A DNA stretch of 64,000 nt from assembly GCA_026770705.1 (NCBI GenBank), contig JANJGN010000026.1, forward strand, positions 29,264,001-29,328,000. Reading direction: 5' to 3'. A program made the translations under genes and the position numbers. The notes under the pieces were generated by a model. That model was given only the letters and a program-made list of their open reading frames with translations. It did no database searches and was not told where the DNA came from. Within the stretch, counting starts at the first letter, position 1. Every line of letters begins with the position of its first letter. This document shows positions 37,401 to 49,814 of this stretch, piece after piece. This DNA comes from Isurus oxyrinchus (Eukaryota).

Positions 37401-38962
37401 TAAACTGAGGCAGGGCATACTGAGGTGATTACTGCTATGGGGCCTAAATTAATCTAAACTGAAACAGGGTCTAGTGCAATGATTACTGAGGTTGATATAA
37501 ACTGAGGCAGAGTATAGTGCAGTGATTGCTGATACAAACTGTTAATTAGTATAAACCGAAAAGGGGCTGGTGCAGTGAGTACTGATACAGCAACTAGATT
37601 AATATAAACTGAGGCATGGTGGTTGCAAAGATTACTGATACAGGGCCTGGAATAATATAAGCTGAGACAGATTCTACCGCAGTGATTACTGATGCAGGGT
37701 CTAGATTAATAAAAATTGATACTGGGTCTAGTGCAGTAATTATTGATTCAGGATCTAACTAATATAAACTGAGTCAGGGCCTAGTGGAGTGTTTACTGAT
37801 ACAGGGCCTAGATGAATATAAACTGGGACAGGGGCTAGTGGAGTGATTACTTATAGAGGGACTAGATTAATATAAACTGAGGCAGGGCCAAGTGCAGTGA
37901 TTACTGATACAGGTCTTGATTAATATAATCTGAGGCAGGGCACAGTGCAGTGATTACTGATACAGGGTCTAGATTAATATAAACTGAGACATCGCCTTGT
38001 GCCATGATTACTGTTACAGGATCCAGCTTAATATAAACTGAGACAGGATCTAGTGCAGCGAGTACTGACACAGGGTCCAGGTCAATATAAACAAATACAG
38101 TGTCCATTGCAGTGAATACTGGTACAGGGTCTAGATGAATATAAATTGAGGCAGGGTCCCGTGTAATGATTACTGATGCAGGGTGTAGACTAATATAACT
38201 TGAGTCAGGCTCTAGTGCAGTGATTACAGATACAGGGACTAGGTTAATATAAACTGAGACATGGTCGAGTGCACAGATAACTCACAAAAGTTTTAAATCA
38301 ATATAAACTGCGAAAGTGTCTAGTGCAGTGATTACTGATACAAGGACTAGGTCAATAGAAACTGAGACAGGGTCTGGTGCAGTGATTACTGATTTGGGGT
38401 CTGAACTAATAGAAACTGAGAAAGTGTCCAGTGCAATGATTACTGATACAGCATCTGGATTAATATCAACTGAAACACGGTCTCGTACAGTAATTACTGA
38501 TACAGGCTAATACAAACTGATACAGTGTCTAATGTAGTGATTGCCGAAACAAGGTATCAATTAATATAAATTGAGACAGGGCCTAGTGCAGTGAGTACTG
38601 ATACAGCCTCTAGGTTAATATGAACCGAGACAGGGCCTAGTGCAGTGATTACTAATAAATGGTCTGGGCTAATATAAATTGAGACGTATAGTGCAATGAT
38701 TACTGATACAGGGTCTAGACTAATATAAACTGAGACAGAGTCTAGTGCAGTGATTACTGATACAGGTTCTAGACCAATATAAACTGAGACAGTGTCTAGT
38801 GCAGTGATTACATGTATAGTGTATGGATTAATATAAATTGAAGCAGGGTCTTGTGCAGAGAGTACAGGTACAGGGCATAGATTAATATAAATTGAGACAG
38901 GATCTAATTCTGTCATTTCCGATACAGGGTCTAGATTAATGTAAACTGAGACAGGGTCAAGT
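34470..38962 (+). repeat. 54-bp minisatellite array (right part)
   Basis: Same 2x27-bp unit repeated over ~4.5 kb. Confidence 0.95.
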
Positions 38963-39129
38963 GGAAGAATTACTTCATCAGTGATGCCCATATCCCAAGG
39001 ACGAGTTAAAACACTGCATAACACTGTGGATTCTGGAAATCTAAAGCAAAACAAAAAAATACCAGTCAGCAGGTCAGTAGGCATCAGTAGAGAGAGAAAC
39101 AAGTCAAACTTTCAGGTCGATGACAGGTG

Positions 39130-39395
39130 CAAAATCTCCCTTGGTACCATTCTATAGAGCAGGACTGCTATCCCCACTATCCTGGACCAACATTGATTCT
39201 TCAGCTAAAATCACATATTATCTGGTCATTTTTCACTGCTCTCTTCATGGGATCTTGCTGTGCACAAATCACCGGATGGATTTCCAACATTACAGCAGTG
39301 ACTAAACTTCACGAAATGTACTTCAACGAGTTTTAAGGGCTATATGACGTCCTGGGGTCGTGAGCAGCGTTCTATAAATGTAAATTCTTTCTAAA
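39130..39395 (+). mobile_element. Deu-domain-type SINE relic
   Basis: GGGATCTTGCTGTGCACAAAT...ACATTACAGCAGTGACT...CTATAAATGTAAATTCTTT. Confidence 0.55.
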
Positions 39396-40049
39396 TGTTA
39401 GCAATTTAAAATGCTAGTTGTGATATGTTGAAAACTCTGAGATTAATATGATTGGAGGTCGCTCCTCTGGCTGCTGTTTTAAATTGTCCAGTTTAAATGG
39501 GTTAAATCTTCAATCAAATTAACAGTCAGTTAATCCCAGTCTGTTCAAACATTTTCCATTGATTGCGATAGTCGAACTTTTGGAACTGAATTCTTAACTT
39601 AAATGTATTTTTTTGTTTGAAATAAATAACTTGTATTCTGATGGATGTTGAAGAAGTTTCTATTCATTTTGTACCAACTGTCAATATTCTTAAAATTTAC
39701 CCTCGTTTTGAATTGAAACCAATCAGTAAGTGTCTGTGTTTATCAGGTTTTGCTGCCATGAACACTTCATTGAAACCAATGAGGCGTTTATGTAAATAAA
39801 CACAGAAATAGAAGTCCCAGATTAGATTCTGGAGAGACAAAAACACAGCAAATATTTCCCCTCTAACACAGCACAGAAATAGAGTCAAACATCCAAATAT
39901 ATCAACCGATTTCAGTAGCAATTGTTTTTTGGGCTATTTTTTAAATCAGTTACATGAGAATCATGTCACGATGATACCTATGTCCAGAAATAAGAAAGAT
40001 TCCCACTTATCATTAAATATAAGAAGATGCCAAACACGGTTGGGCTAGG

Positions 40050-40420
40050 ACACAGGCCTGTTTCACTCATTTCTTCACTCCGAATCTGTCGGCAGTGGAA
40101 TCATCAATCTGTTCCGTGCGGTGCATGCTGTCACGGAAGGAGTGAATGAGACTGAGGAGCTTTGGTGAACAGCCAATTTTCCCCAAAATCTTGTAGAGTC
40201 CTGTTCTGCTGACGGTGTCAAGCACATTGAGCGGATCATGCCTTGTGTATACCTTCCGACACAATACCACACTGTGCTTCGGCCTGCAAGTAGACGAAGT
40301 TTTTAAAGTATGACCCGAGCAAAGGCCTTCCCCGTGACTTCATGAGTGAGATACGCCTGTCGTGTTGCAGTCTCATCTGTCGGATTTGTTTTCAGATAGT
40401 GTGATGATTTTTGCATTATT
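40050..40420 (-). mobile_element. RTE-clade LINE RT fragment
   Basis: DTVSRTGLYKILGKIGCSPKLLSLIHSF.D.M motif, typical of RTE reverse transcriptases. Confidence 0.7.
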
Positions 40421-40478
40421 CATCCCCTGTAGAAGGGGCTCTTATCCTTCAGCAGAGAAGAAGGTAGTAAAGGTTGAG

Positions 40479-40650
40479 AAAGATAAATAATTATATACAC
40501 CAATTATTATCAATTCGCGAATGTAAATAATTATATTCACGAATTATCATCAATTCACAAAGATAAATAATTATATTCACCAATTGGCATCAATTCACAA
40601 GATAAATAATTATAATCACCAATTATCATCCATTCACAAAGATAAAGAAT
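40479..40650 (+). repeat. ~40-bp tandem repeat, ~4 copies
   Basis: Unit AAGATAAATAATTATATTCACCAATTATCATCAATTCACA. Confidence 0.85.
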
Positions 40651-41537
40651 TACGTTAACCAATTATTTTTAGCATTTTAATTAACATAAATTGCAACTGC
40701 GGTTCATTTAACCTCATTAACATTGATTGAGATCGCATTGACCATTCTGTCAGCAAGGAGTCACATCTGTCCCAGAATTCAGTGGGAAATGGAATTAAAT
40801 CAGACCGAGGATAATGAGCAGCTACCCAGCAGCCTCTGCGCTTTATTGACAAGTAATCATCTCATCATCGCACGGGAACTCCTGATATGTAACTGGAGTG
40901 TGTGAGGGTTTGTAAAGTGATGGTATAAATAAATCTACCTGGACAGAACGTTAAGTTAATAAATATTGAAATACAGATTTGTTATTTCCGTCGTTTGGAA
41001 GGTAATGAAACAATTGCGGCTCTCCGGTGAGTTTCACACTACTTCTGTTTTCATAGTAATAATGTTTACTCTGTTACCTTCACTAATTTTGCTGAGGTTA
41101 TGTTGAATGTTTTGTTGGACATGAAAGGACCACATGTACCAAGTATTACAATCCTCCGCCCTAAACAGAATTATGTACCCGCTTTCTGTCTGAAAGATGA
41201 AGATTCCCAATCAGCAGGGAAGAATCATCAGTACCACAGGGACATCTCCAGCCTCCTCTTTGTGACGTTCAGCTCGTTAGTTACCAATAGCCTGGGGATG
41301 GAATTCATCCAGAAAATCTGGAAGGCTTGAAGGTATTAGACTGACACAAATGAAATACAGGACCTGCTTCAAGGTATGAAGTAGTCAAGCATAAAGATGA
41401 GAATGGAGAACAACATCTTTCAGGCGCACCTATCAACACATCGATCAATTCATTCACTGATTCTTCAATCAAAACATTCAAGCATCCAACTATCATTCAT
41501 TCCTGCATCACTGCAGTCATCCCTTAATTCTTTGGCA

Positions 41538-41927
41538 GACGGTGGTGTTGTATCAATGCTACTAGACTAGTAATCCAGATACCTAAGTTTTCTTCTGGGG
41601 ACATGAATTCATATCCCGCCATGGCAGCTAGTGGAATTTAAATTCAATAATAAACCTGGGATTGAAAGCTGGTCTCAATGAAGAGAACTGTGAAACTATC
41701 ATCGATTGTGGAAAAAAATAATCATCTGGTTCACTCATGTCCTTTAGGAAACCAAATCTGCCACCATACCTGGTCTGACCTACACTTGACTCCAGGTCCA
41801 CAGCAATATGGTGGACTCTAACTGCCCTCTGAAATGGCCGAGCAAGACATTCGTTTCAAGGGCAATTAGGGACAAGCAACAAATGCTGGCCTTGCCATTG
41901 ACTCCCACATCCCGTGAAAGAGTAAAG
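41538..41927 (+). mobile_element. tRNA-derived SINE, near full length
   Basis: Same head, body and tail as 4895-5222. Confidence 0.8.
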
Positions 41928-43679
41928 GAGCAAAACAATCACACAGATATAGATGTGTGACTGTCACAAAATGTATCCTGTCTGAGTCCTTTCTGATAGT
42001 CTGTCCGTAATTCTTTCCATCCATCCATTCATGACAATATTATGATGTGTTGGAGAGATCTTCCAATGAGGTACTGATGCTGACAGGGTGTGAGAGAAGC
42101 TGGATAACTTTTCTTTCCCGAGAGAGTGGAACAGTTCACATTGGTTTACAACTTAAAAAAATAAAACTGACTCCAGTGTTGTTGCTGGGCAGATTTGTTT
42201 ATAAATAGGCCTTGTTGACAATGTTAAGGGTTTGAAGTTGGCTTGCAGCCAAGCGGTCAGCACTGAGGAAACAGATCTTTGATAAACTGCACGAAGCCCC
42301 AGATGCTTCCTGTAAATAACATTGGACATTCGAGCATCCCTGACTGCAGCCGGCTGGCTTGCTGCCAAATACTGTGTGGGGCAGATTAACCTAGATAGGA
42401 ATGAGCAAAATAGGATTTAACCATTCAAACAATAAATGTTTCAGTCGCACACGAAAGGCACATTATAAATGGCATTTCATCCAAGGAAATATTTTAATGA
42501 ATGCCGTGTTCACTGAGATTAAACGCGATCAGAAGATATTAAACTGACCATATGCTATTTAATTTATATTATTTCTAAGTAAAGGGCATTCCAGTTATTA
42601 AAGCCGGTTTATTAAGAGCTTCATGAAGTGCGAGAGAGCGATGTTGATGGTCCCAATCTCCCAGTCTAAAGAGATGAATAGAATGGCAAAAAATTAAGAA
42701 AGAAATTAAATTAAAAGAAAATTGTTTAAGTGCCTTGAACCCGCAGGAATTCCTTGAATACTCTCCGAGTTGTGCACCTCATTTAACCTGAGGGATCTCT
42801 TATACCTGATTAGCACCGTGTACTCTACAGTTTAATTTGTGCTGATTTCAATTATTTAACAGTCTCTCTCATAGCTGCCAATGAGTGGAGAAATGACCAG
42901 TTCATGACCCGCTTCAGTGGAAGATAAAACATTTATTTTTGTGATATTGTGTAATATGCCGCAAAGTCCTGATATCCTGTGTTCCCAATACCAGTGAATG
43001 GTAGACAACCGGTGGCCAATCAAATTAGCTGCAATGATTTGGATGCTGAAGGATAACTTTGCTAATTTCCGTGTCCGTTCTGATCCATTAACTTCTCTGT
43101 GAAAAGTTGATGTAATTTTTACGTTTCTCTGTAAACTTACTGTTTAATTATCAGGCAGGCGGGCTTCTTTAGCCGATAATTTTCACAGGGCTGTCTTAGG
43201 GTGAGGGGAAGTTACAGAAATGCAAAGAGATACATTGTGTAATGTGAGGAGATTCTTCTTATCTCCGGACCCAGATTGTACAGCGATAGCCACCCACAAT
43301 GTAAATAGAATCACTTTGTTCATCCCTGCATTTAGTTACATAAATCAATAATAATTCCTATGACTGAGGACATTTTATTGCTATATTGAGATAGAGACCC
43401 GGAGTTGCTGTAAAAGAGGCTGAAGTCCCTTTATTCCCTGATAATGTAATTTAATCTTCTTCGGTTCAACCCCTTGTGAGGTAGTGTAGAAATAAATTGA
43501 CTTAATTTACAATGGAATTAGTTTTTTTTATTAACTGATCCTCAACTGCAATTTCACCTTTGGAACAACTGGAGACATTACTATGAATTCATTCAGCCAA
43601 ATATCCCGATACAGATCAAATGCCCACTTTTAACAATAACCTGTTGTAAATATCTGAGTCCATTCTGTTGGGGATATGG

Positions 43680-43790
43680 AAGGTGGGGCGTGGATCCAGT
43701 TGCCGCCTCCACCAGAGAAGCAACAGGCGGCGCCTGGAAACCCGCCCCCTTCTGCCGGGAATTTAAATGCTGCTCACTGGGACCGGAATC
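43680..43790 (+). promoter_or_regulatory. IgH V promoter region
   Basis: GC boxes (GGGGCGTGG, CCCGCCCC) and ATTTAAAT TATA-like element ~85 nt before the leader; no ATGCAAAT octamer. Confidence 0.5.
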
Positions 43791-43846
43791 CAGCAATCCG
43801 GGAGCTGGTTTGTTCACTGAGTTCTGGACAGAACAGTTTCCCCCAA

Positions 43847-44377
43847 ATGGCCAGAAGGAAGAGGTCGGCGATTTTTCTCAGTTTGTTGCTGACTTTTCTT
43901 ATCCCGTGAGTAGTTTTTATTGCCCAAGTCTCTCACTGTTACTGTCTCAGTGCTAATCTTTCTCTCTGGAATTTTACAGAATCAGGAATCATTTCATCAG
44001 GATTAACCTGCGGGTTTTTGATATATTTTTACAGGTGTCCAGTCGGATGTTGTGTTCAGTCAGCCAGAGGCACAGACCGGGCGTTCCGGAGGCTCCCTGA
44101 GACTGACCTCTAAATCCAGCGGCTTCGATCTTGGCAGCTACTGGATGTTCTGGATCCGACAGGTTCCCGGACAGGGGCTGGAGTGGCTCCTTGATTACAA
44201 AACTTCATCCAGCAGCACTACGCCCCAGGAATTAAGAATTGATTTACTGCGTCCAAAGACACTTCAAGAAACATCTTCTCCTTGGACGTGACGAACCTGA
44301 AGACTGAAGACACCGCCATCTATTACTGTGCAAGATAAAACAGCGAGAGGAATCAGGGCTGGACTCGAACAAGAACA
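43847..44377 (+). pseudogene. IGHV: IgM VH pseudogene with leader and damaged 23-RSS
   Basis: Leader RSAIFLSLLLTFL (out of phase by 1 nt, donor at 43906). Exon from 44035: [51 protein letters not shown]...(frameshift)[38 protein letters not shown]; Cys23 to Ser. RSS AACAGCG (44339-44345)-23-ACAAGAACA. Confidence 0.95.
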
Positions 44378-44747
44378 GATCGGGAGGGACTCAACAACTT
44401 CCATCGTAACCTGACAGTCAGTACTTGTTTTAAATGTAATATTAACTTTAATGATCAGAACCAGAAAACAAGCCGCTTCTGACAAAAGTAAAACAGTAAA
44501 TTTAATAGTAAAACCTAACAAACCAACCGATATAATGGGCTGAGTTTTGGGCTGTGTTTATATTTAATGTAAATAGTTTCCTCAGTTACAGACCTGGATA
44601 TAATGTTAATTTTAATATGCCTAACACTTGGAGGGGATCTCTGTTCATTGAGTTTTGTAAGTTGTTTTTTCAATACTAAACTGCATCAGAAATAAACGTC
44701 TATTTGAAGTGAATATTGAGAGGCAGCACTGAACAGAGAGTGGGTGT

Positions 44748-44823
44748 AGTTTTTGTGCGGGTGTATTTCATTGTGCTCAGTGGGTGGCTGGATGTCACAG
44801 CTGTTACTGTCAATACAAAAACC
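44748..44823 (+). other. Single DH segment flanked by 12/12 RSS (probable joined D1-D2)
   Basis: AGTTTTTGT-12-CATTGTG | CTCAGTGGGTGGCTGGATGT (44776-44795) | CACAGCT-12-ACAAAAACC. Confidence 0.9.
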
Positions 44824-45153
44824 TCTCAGCATTAAATGAGTCTGCCTGGGTCAGTGCTGGCTTTTACAATCATGCTATATTTACAGTGAAGTATTTTTTT
44901 AATGTCCAGCACTGCCCACAAAACATGGTTTAAGATGAAAAAGCCGTGAAAAGTATTCATTCATCAGTTGGTGATTTCAGTAACATGTTCTTGTATTACT
45001 CTGTGAAATGTAAAACATGAGGGTCATTGATGAATAGCTAAAAATATCTACAACGCAATTATAATTTCGTGAAGATTCAGCGTGACTTTACTTTGCCTCT
45101 GACTTATGAATATTTAAAATAATGGTGGATCTCTGTCTTTTTCGTGCAGGGAC

Positions 45154-45240
45154 AGTTATTGTATGGCACAGCCCAGGGACTGTAACACTGTGACGCAAAG
45201 GACTACTGGGGACAAGGGACGGTGGTGACGGTGACTGCAG
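45154..45240 (+). CDS. IGHJ: JH segment with intact 23-RSS
   Basis: AGTTATTGT-23-CACTGTG (45186-45192); coding 45193-45240 AKDYWGQGTVVTVTA; GTAAG donor at 45241. Confidence 0.95.
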
Positions 45241-46419
45241 GTAAGAACCATGCACTTGTTTGGTAATTGTTTTAGTTGAGTCTTTGTTTTATATTTTTAT
45301 CTATTTTTATAAGTCATTCGTTCACTGAAATGTGGATTTGGTGGATTCTGTATTGAAATTTTTAAATAATGTTTCAAATGATTCTGCTGAAAAAGGTTTT
45401 TATAATTTGGCTGTTTCTCGACAAAAAAGTGCTGCTGAGGGATTCAGTCCCTGGTTGTTGTGATTTGGTGTTTATCTGCTGAAGATACTGTGCAGCAGGG
45501 CTACCTGAAATACCCAACGTTTGTTAAAACAGTTTGACGTTTCTGCGATGTTTAATCTCGGTGATATCTAATGGCTGTGGGTTTTACCGTCTACTGAACA
45601 ACGGTTTAAATATGTTTGAAATCAAACCCAATGTTAACAAAATATGCTTAAATTCCAATGTTAATTTAATGAACATGCTCCTCCTCACAATGTTGGTGCC
45701 ATTATTCCATATGTCTGTTTGGTTTAATTATTCATTCATTTGGTGACGAGCGAGTTGTCTGGATTCGATGTTGAGATTCTCTTGCAATGTTCCATTGGAT
45801 TCTGTTTCTGTTGGAAGTGCTTGTTCAATTGAGCTGCTTCTCCATAAAACGGGGTTCAGCCCCTCAGTGATATGATTTGGTGTTTTTCTGCTGAGGAGAT
45901 TGTGTGTCTGGGTGACTTTGAACAAGTAGAATTTATGAAACGGTTTGGCTGTTCTGCAGTGTTTCTGCTTTGTTTAACCTCGGTGACATTGAGCGGTTAC
46001 ACGTTTTGTGATTGAATGAAACAGCCTTCGCGTTTGTATCTGCTTGAAGTGCCATTGTCGGCAGAAAACAGAGGCTTCAGAAAAGGGGAAAAAACGTTTA
46101 AAGATGTGTTAGAACATCTTGTTTTTATTTTAAGTGATAATTGCAGATTAATCTAAACCATGGATCATTCAGAACATCATTCGTTACTGCAATCAGAAAC
46201 TACATAATTTACAAGTTTTCAAATTGTAGAGTAAAATTAATATAATTCCAGCAATTATAATGTGGTAAAATTTCTCCATATTGACGGAACAGCTTTTGTA
46301 TTAACATAATTGATCATCAATCTTTTTTTCTCAATTCTGCTGTGCACTGCGCACAATTAACATGATCGGAAAAGTTTTTAGGCTGGAAACAGTCACTCAC
46401 CATCAATTACTCGCTCAAA

Positions 46420-46910
46420 TTCACTCACTCACCCTCACTCACCCTTAGCCATCCAGCCTCATACTCACTCACTCACCCACCCTGACTCACTCACCCCTAC
46501 TCACTCACCCTCATTCACTCACTATAAATTACTCACTCACCCTCACTCACCCACCCTCATTCACCTAGCCTCATTCACACTCATCCACCCACCTATCCTC
46601 ACTCACCTACCTTCACTCACATTCAATAACTCATCCACCCACCCTCACACACCCACTCACCCTCACTCACATACCCACTCTCACATACCAACCAACCCTC
46701 ACTCACCCACTCATCTACCCTCATTCAATCACCACCCTCACTCACTCATCCATCCTCACTCACCCACATTCAGACACCCACCCACGCTCACTCACCACCC
46801 ACCCTCACTCACTCCTTTACTCAACCACGCACCCTCACTCACTCAGCCACCCACCCTCACTCTGTCACTCAGCCATCCTCACTTTGTCAATCATGCACAC
46901 GCTCACTCGA
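46420..46910 (+). repeat. (CACT/CACC)n low-complexity tract
   Basis: Imperfect ACTCACTCACCC repeats. Confidence 0.85.
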
Positions 46911-47034
46911 TCACGTTTCCTAAATCAGTGTGTGGGAGGGCGGGAACTGTGGGGAAGAGAGACCTGGAAGTGAGGCCTGAGGCCTGGCAGTGCCGGAAAG
47001 TGGAGCATGGCTGAAGGGAGCTCGAGCGTCGGTG

Positions 47035-47275
47035 GGAAGGGCAGAGAGGAGGGGGGAAAGTGTAAAGAGCCTGTGGGAAAGGACAGAGAGGCGGGGGGAA
47101 AGGGCAGAGGGGCGGGGGGAAAGGGCAGCTGGGGATAAAGGGCAGGAAAACAGGGGAAAGGGCAGATAGCTGGGGGGAAAGGGGAGAGTGACGGGGGGGG
47201 GGAAGGGGAGAGAGGCGGGCGGGGGAAAGTACAGGGAGGTGGGGGGAAAGGGCAAAGAGGTGGGGGGAAAGGCAC
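47035..47275 (+). repeat. G-rich ~20-bp tandem repeat (GGGGGGAAAGGGCAGAG-like)
   Basis: About 11 imperfect units with G runs on the sense strand. Confidence 0.8.
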
Positions 47276-47559
47276 TAACTGCCTGGGATAGAAGGGAGAC
47301 AATGTCTCCATGCGCTTCCCCCCGGCTCCCTGCGCCTTTCTCCAGTGGGTGTTCGCTGTTCCTCCAATCACAACCTGTTTTTCTCCTTGTTTACTGTTGA
47401 TAAGCTGACTAGTGGGGGTATCAGCCGCTAACGGGGTAGAAGACCCGCCTGTGATTGGAGAAGCAGCTTCCTACAGAAATCTTCAACTTCACTTACCTGC
47501 CTTACCAGCATTTTGAACAACGGCTCCGGGGGCCATATAGAGGGGCTTCGGGGGCCACG

Positions 47560-49150
47560 ATCCAGCCACGAGACACGGATTGGACAAGGCTGTAAGAAAG
47601 GAAAATAAGGACATGGACAGACAAGTTGGACAAATATTACTAAATAGCAAAGGCATTGGTTTCAATTCTCCAAACTTCCCTAGATTCTGGAAAGGTCTCA
47701 TCAGATTGAGAATGAGGATTTTATATTAAATAAAGGAGGGAAAGGGAAAGCAAGAAACTACAGGCCAATTAGCTTAACATCTGTTGGAGCGAAAATGCTG
47801 GAATCTATTATTATGGAATCCATCACGGGTCACTTAGAAAATCCAAATGCAATTATGTAGATCCATCATGGTTTTGTGAAAGGGAAATCATCTTTGGCTG
47901 ATTTATTTGAGGCCTTTCAAGGAAGTAACAAGGAACATGAATGAAGGAGAACCTGTGCATGTGCTGTCCTTGGGCTTCCAGAAGGCATTTGACAAAGTGG
48001 CACATCAAAGGTTACTGCACAAAATAGTGGTGTCAGCAGTAACATTTCAGCATGGGTAGAAGTTTGGTTAGCTATCAGGAAACAGAGAATATGGATGATA
48101 ACTTGGTTATTTTATGTTGGCAAGATGTGACAAGTGGAGTGCCACAGGGATCAGTGCTGCAGCATCAACTATTTACAATTTATATCAATGACTTGAATGA
48201 AAGGACTGAATGAATTTGCTAAATTTACTAACAACACAAAGATAGATAGGTAAGTAAGTGGTGAAGAGAGGATAAAGGTCAGCAAAGGGATATCGATAGG
48301 TTAAGTGAGTGGGCAAAAAAATGACAGATGGAGTATAATGTGGGAAAATATAAAATTGTCCACTTTGGCAGGAAGAATACAAAAGCAGCGTATTATTGAA
48401 AGGGAGAGACATTGCAGAACCCTGAGCTACAGAGGGACCTGGATCCCTTGGTGCATGAATCACAAAAAGTTACAACACAGGAACAGCAAGTGATGAGGAA
48501 GGCAAATGGAGTGTTGGCATTTATTACGAGGGGCATAGAATATAAATGGAAGGATATTTTGCTGCAGTATAACACGGTGTCGATGAGAACTCGTTTGAAT
48601 TATTGCATACAGATTTGGTCTCCTTTAAAAAAGGATTTAAAAGCATTAGAAACTGTTCAGAGAATTTTCATTCAAATGATACTGGGAGATGTCGTCGGTT
48701 ATCTTATGAGGAAAGTATGGATAGGCTGGGCCTGTATTCATTGGAGTTTAGAAGAATGAGAGATGATTTTATTGAAACGTATAGGATCCTGAGGGAAATT
48801 GACAGGGTGGATGCTGAAAGGATGTTTCCCCTTATGAAAGAGACTAACGATAGGGAACACAGTTTAAAAATAAGAGGTCTCCCATTTCAGACGGAAATGA
48901 AGGGATCTAATTTTTCTCTCAAAGGATCGTGCAACTTTGGAACTATCTTCCCCAGAGAGCGATGGAGGAGGAGTCATTAATATTTCAAGGCAGAGGTAGA
49001 GATTCTTCATTGACAAGGGAGTCAAAAGTTAGCGGAGATTAGGCGGGAACGTGGAGTTAACGCCACAATCAGATCAGCTATGATCGGAGTGAATGGTGGA
49101 GGAGGCTCGAGAGGCCGAATGGCCTACTCCTGCTACTGATCCGCATGTTC
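47560..49150 (+). mobile_element. CR1-clade LINE fragment in J-C intron
   Basis: Decayed RT (NYRPISLTS, FQKAFDKV, GVPQGSVL) to the C-terminus and 3' tail. Confidence 0.9.
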
Positions 49151-49643
49151 ACATGTACATACAATTGGAAAATGTCGTACTTACTGTAACTGGTATTCAA
49201 TTTAGGATTCTATGGTCATTATATAGGTACCATTACAAAGGTACTTTCGAAGGGTGATTGCTGTTCTTTGTTTTGGGGAGACGTGGAGAGGGGAGGGGGC
49301 ATCCGTCAATTTGAACAGAGCCAATTTCCAATCTGCAATGATATAAATGACGAGACAATTTCCCTCCCACCAAGTGCTGTTGTTTGAGAAATAAATGGTG
49401 GCGAAATAATAGGGAAAATCCCCTGCTCTTCTACTTTAATCCAATGAAAGGTTTGTCATTCAGATGACGTCAAAATGTTCTCTTTTAGTAATGGGATAGA
49501 GGCGGAAAACGAGGTGTGGGCTTCTAAAGAGGGAACCGACAGGTGAGGATCACCAAATGATGGAAATAATAAATGATCAAATGTAGATGTGGGTTTTAGT
49601 TGGAATATATTTGGATATGTTTATAGTTATAGTCTAATTTCGC

Positions 49644-49762
49644 TGACTGGGTTTGTAACCCCAAGATCAAGAGTTCAAATCTCACAATGGCAAACTATGA
49701 AACAATGTAACTTCATCTGAATAGGAAGAGATGGAAACGTGTTTGTACTCGAAAGAGTTACT
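49644..49762 (+). mobile_element. Short tRNA-derived SINE (copy of the 63294-63415 element)
   Basis: ACTGGGTTTGTAACCCCAAGATCAAGAGTTCAAATCTCACAATGGCAAACTATGAAACAATG is shared with the minus-strand copy. Confidence 0.75.
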
Positions 49763-49814
49763 TAATGATCACAAATCACAGAGTCTAACTTGTTCAATCG
49801 GCCATTCTTTCCAG

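Noticed and set aside
28935-38962. CRISPR-like array
   Set aside because: Units are contiguous divergent tandem repeats with no unique spacers, no cas genes, and the DNA is vertebrate.
29409-39102. Minus-strand ORFs of repeated DPVSVITALDPVSVYINL as a repeat protein
   Set aside because: Translation of the 54-bp satellite (18 codons, stop-free in one frame by chance); frequent stops and frameshifts, no splice or start context.
44380-45150. A second DH segment
   Set aside because: Near-heptamers (TACAGTG ~44882, CTCTGTG ~45000) lack a nonamer at 12 or 23 spacing.
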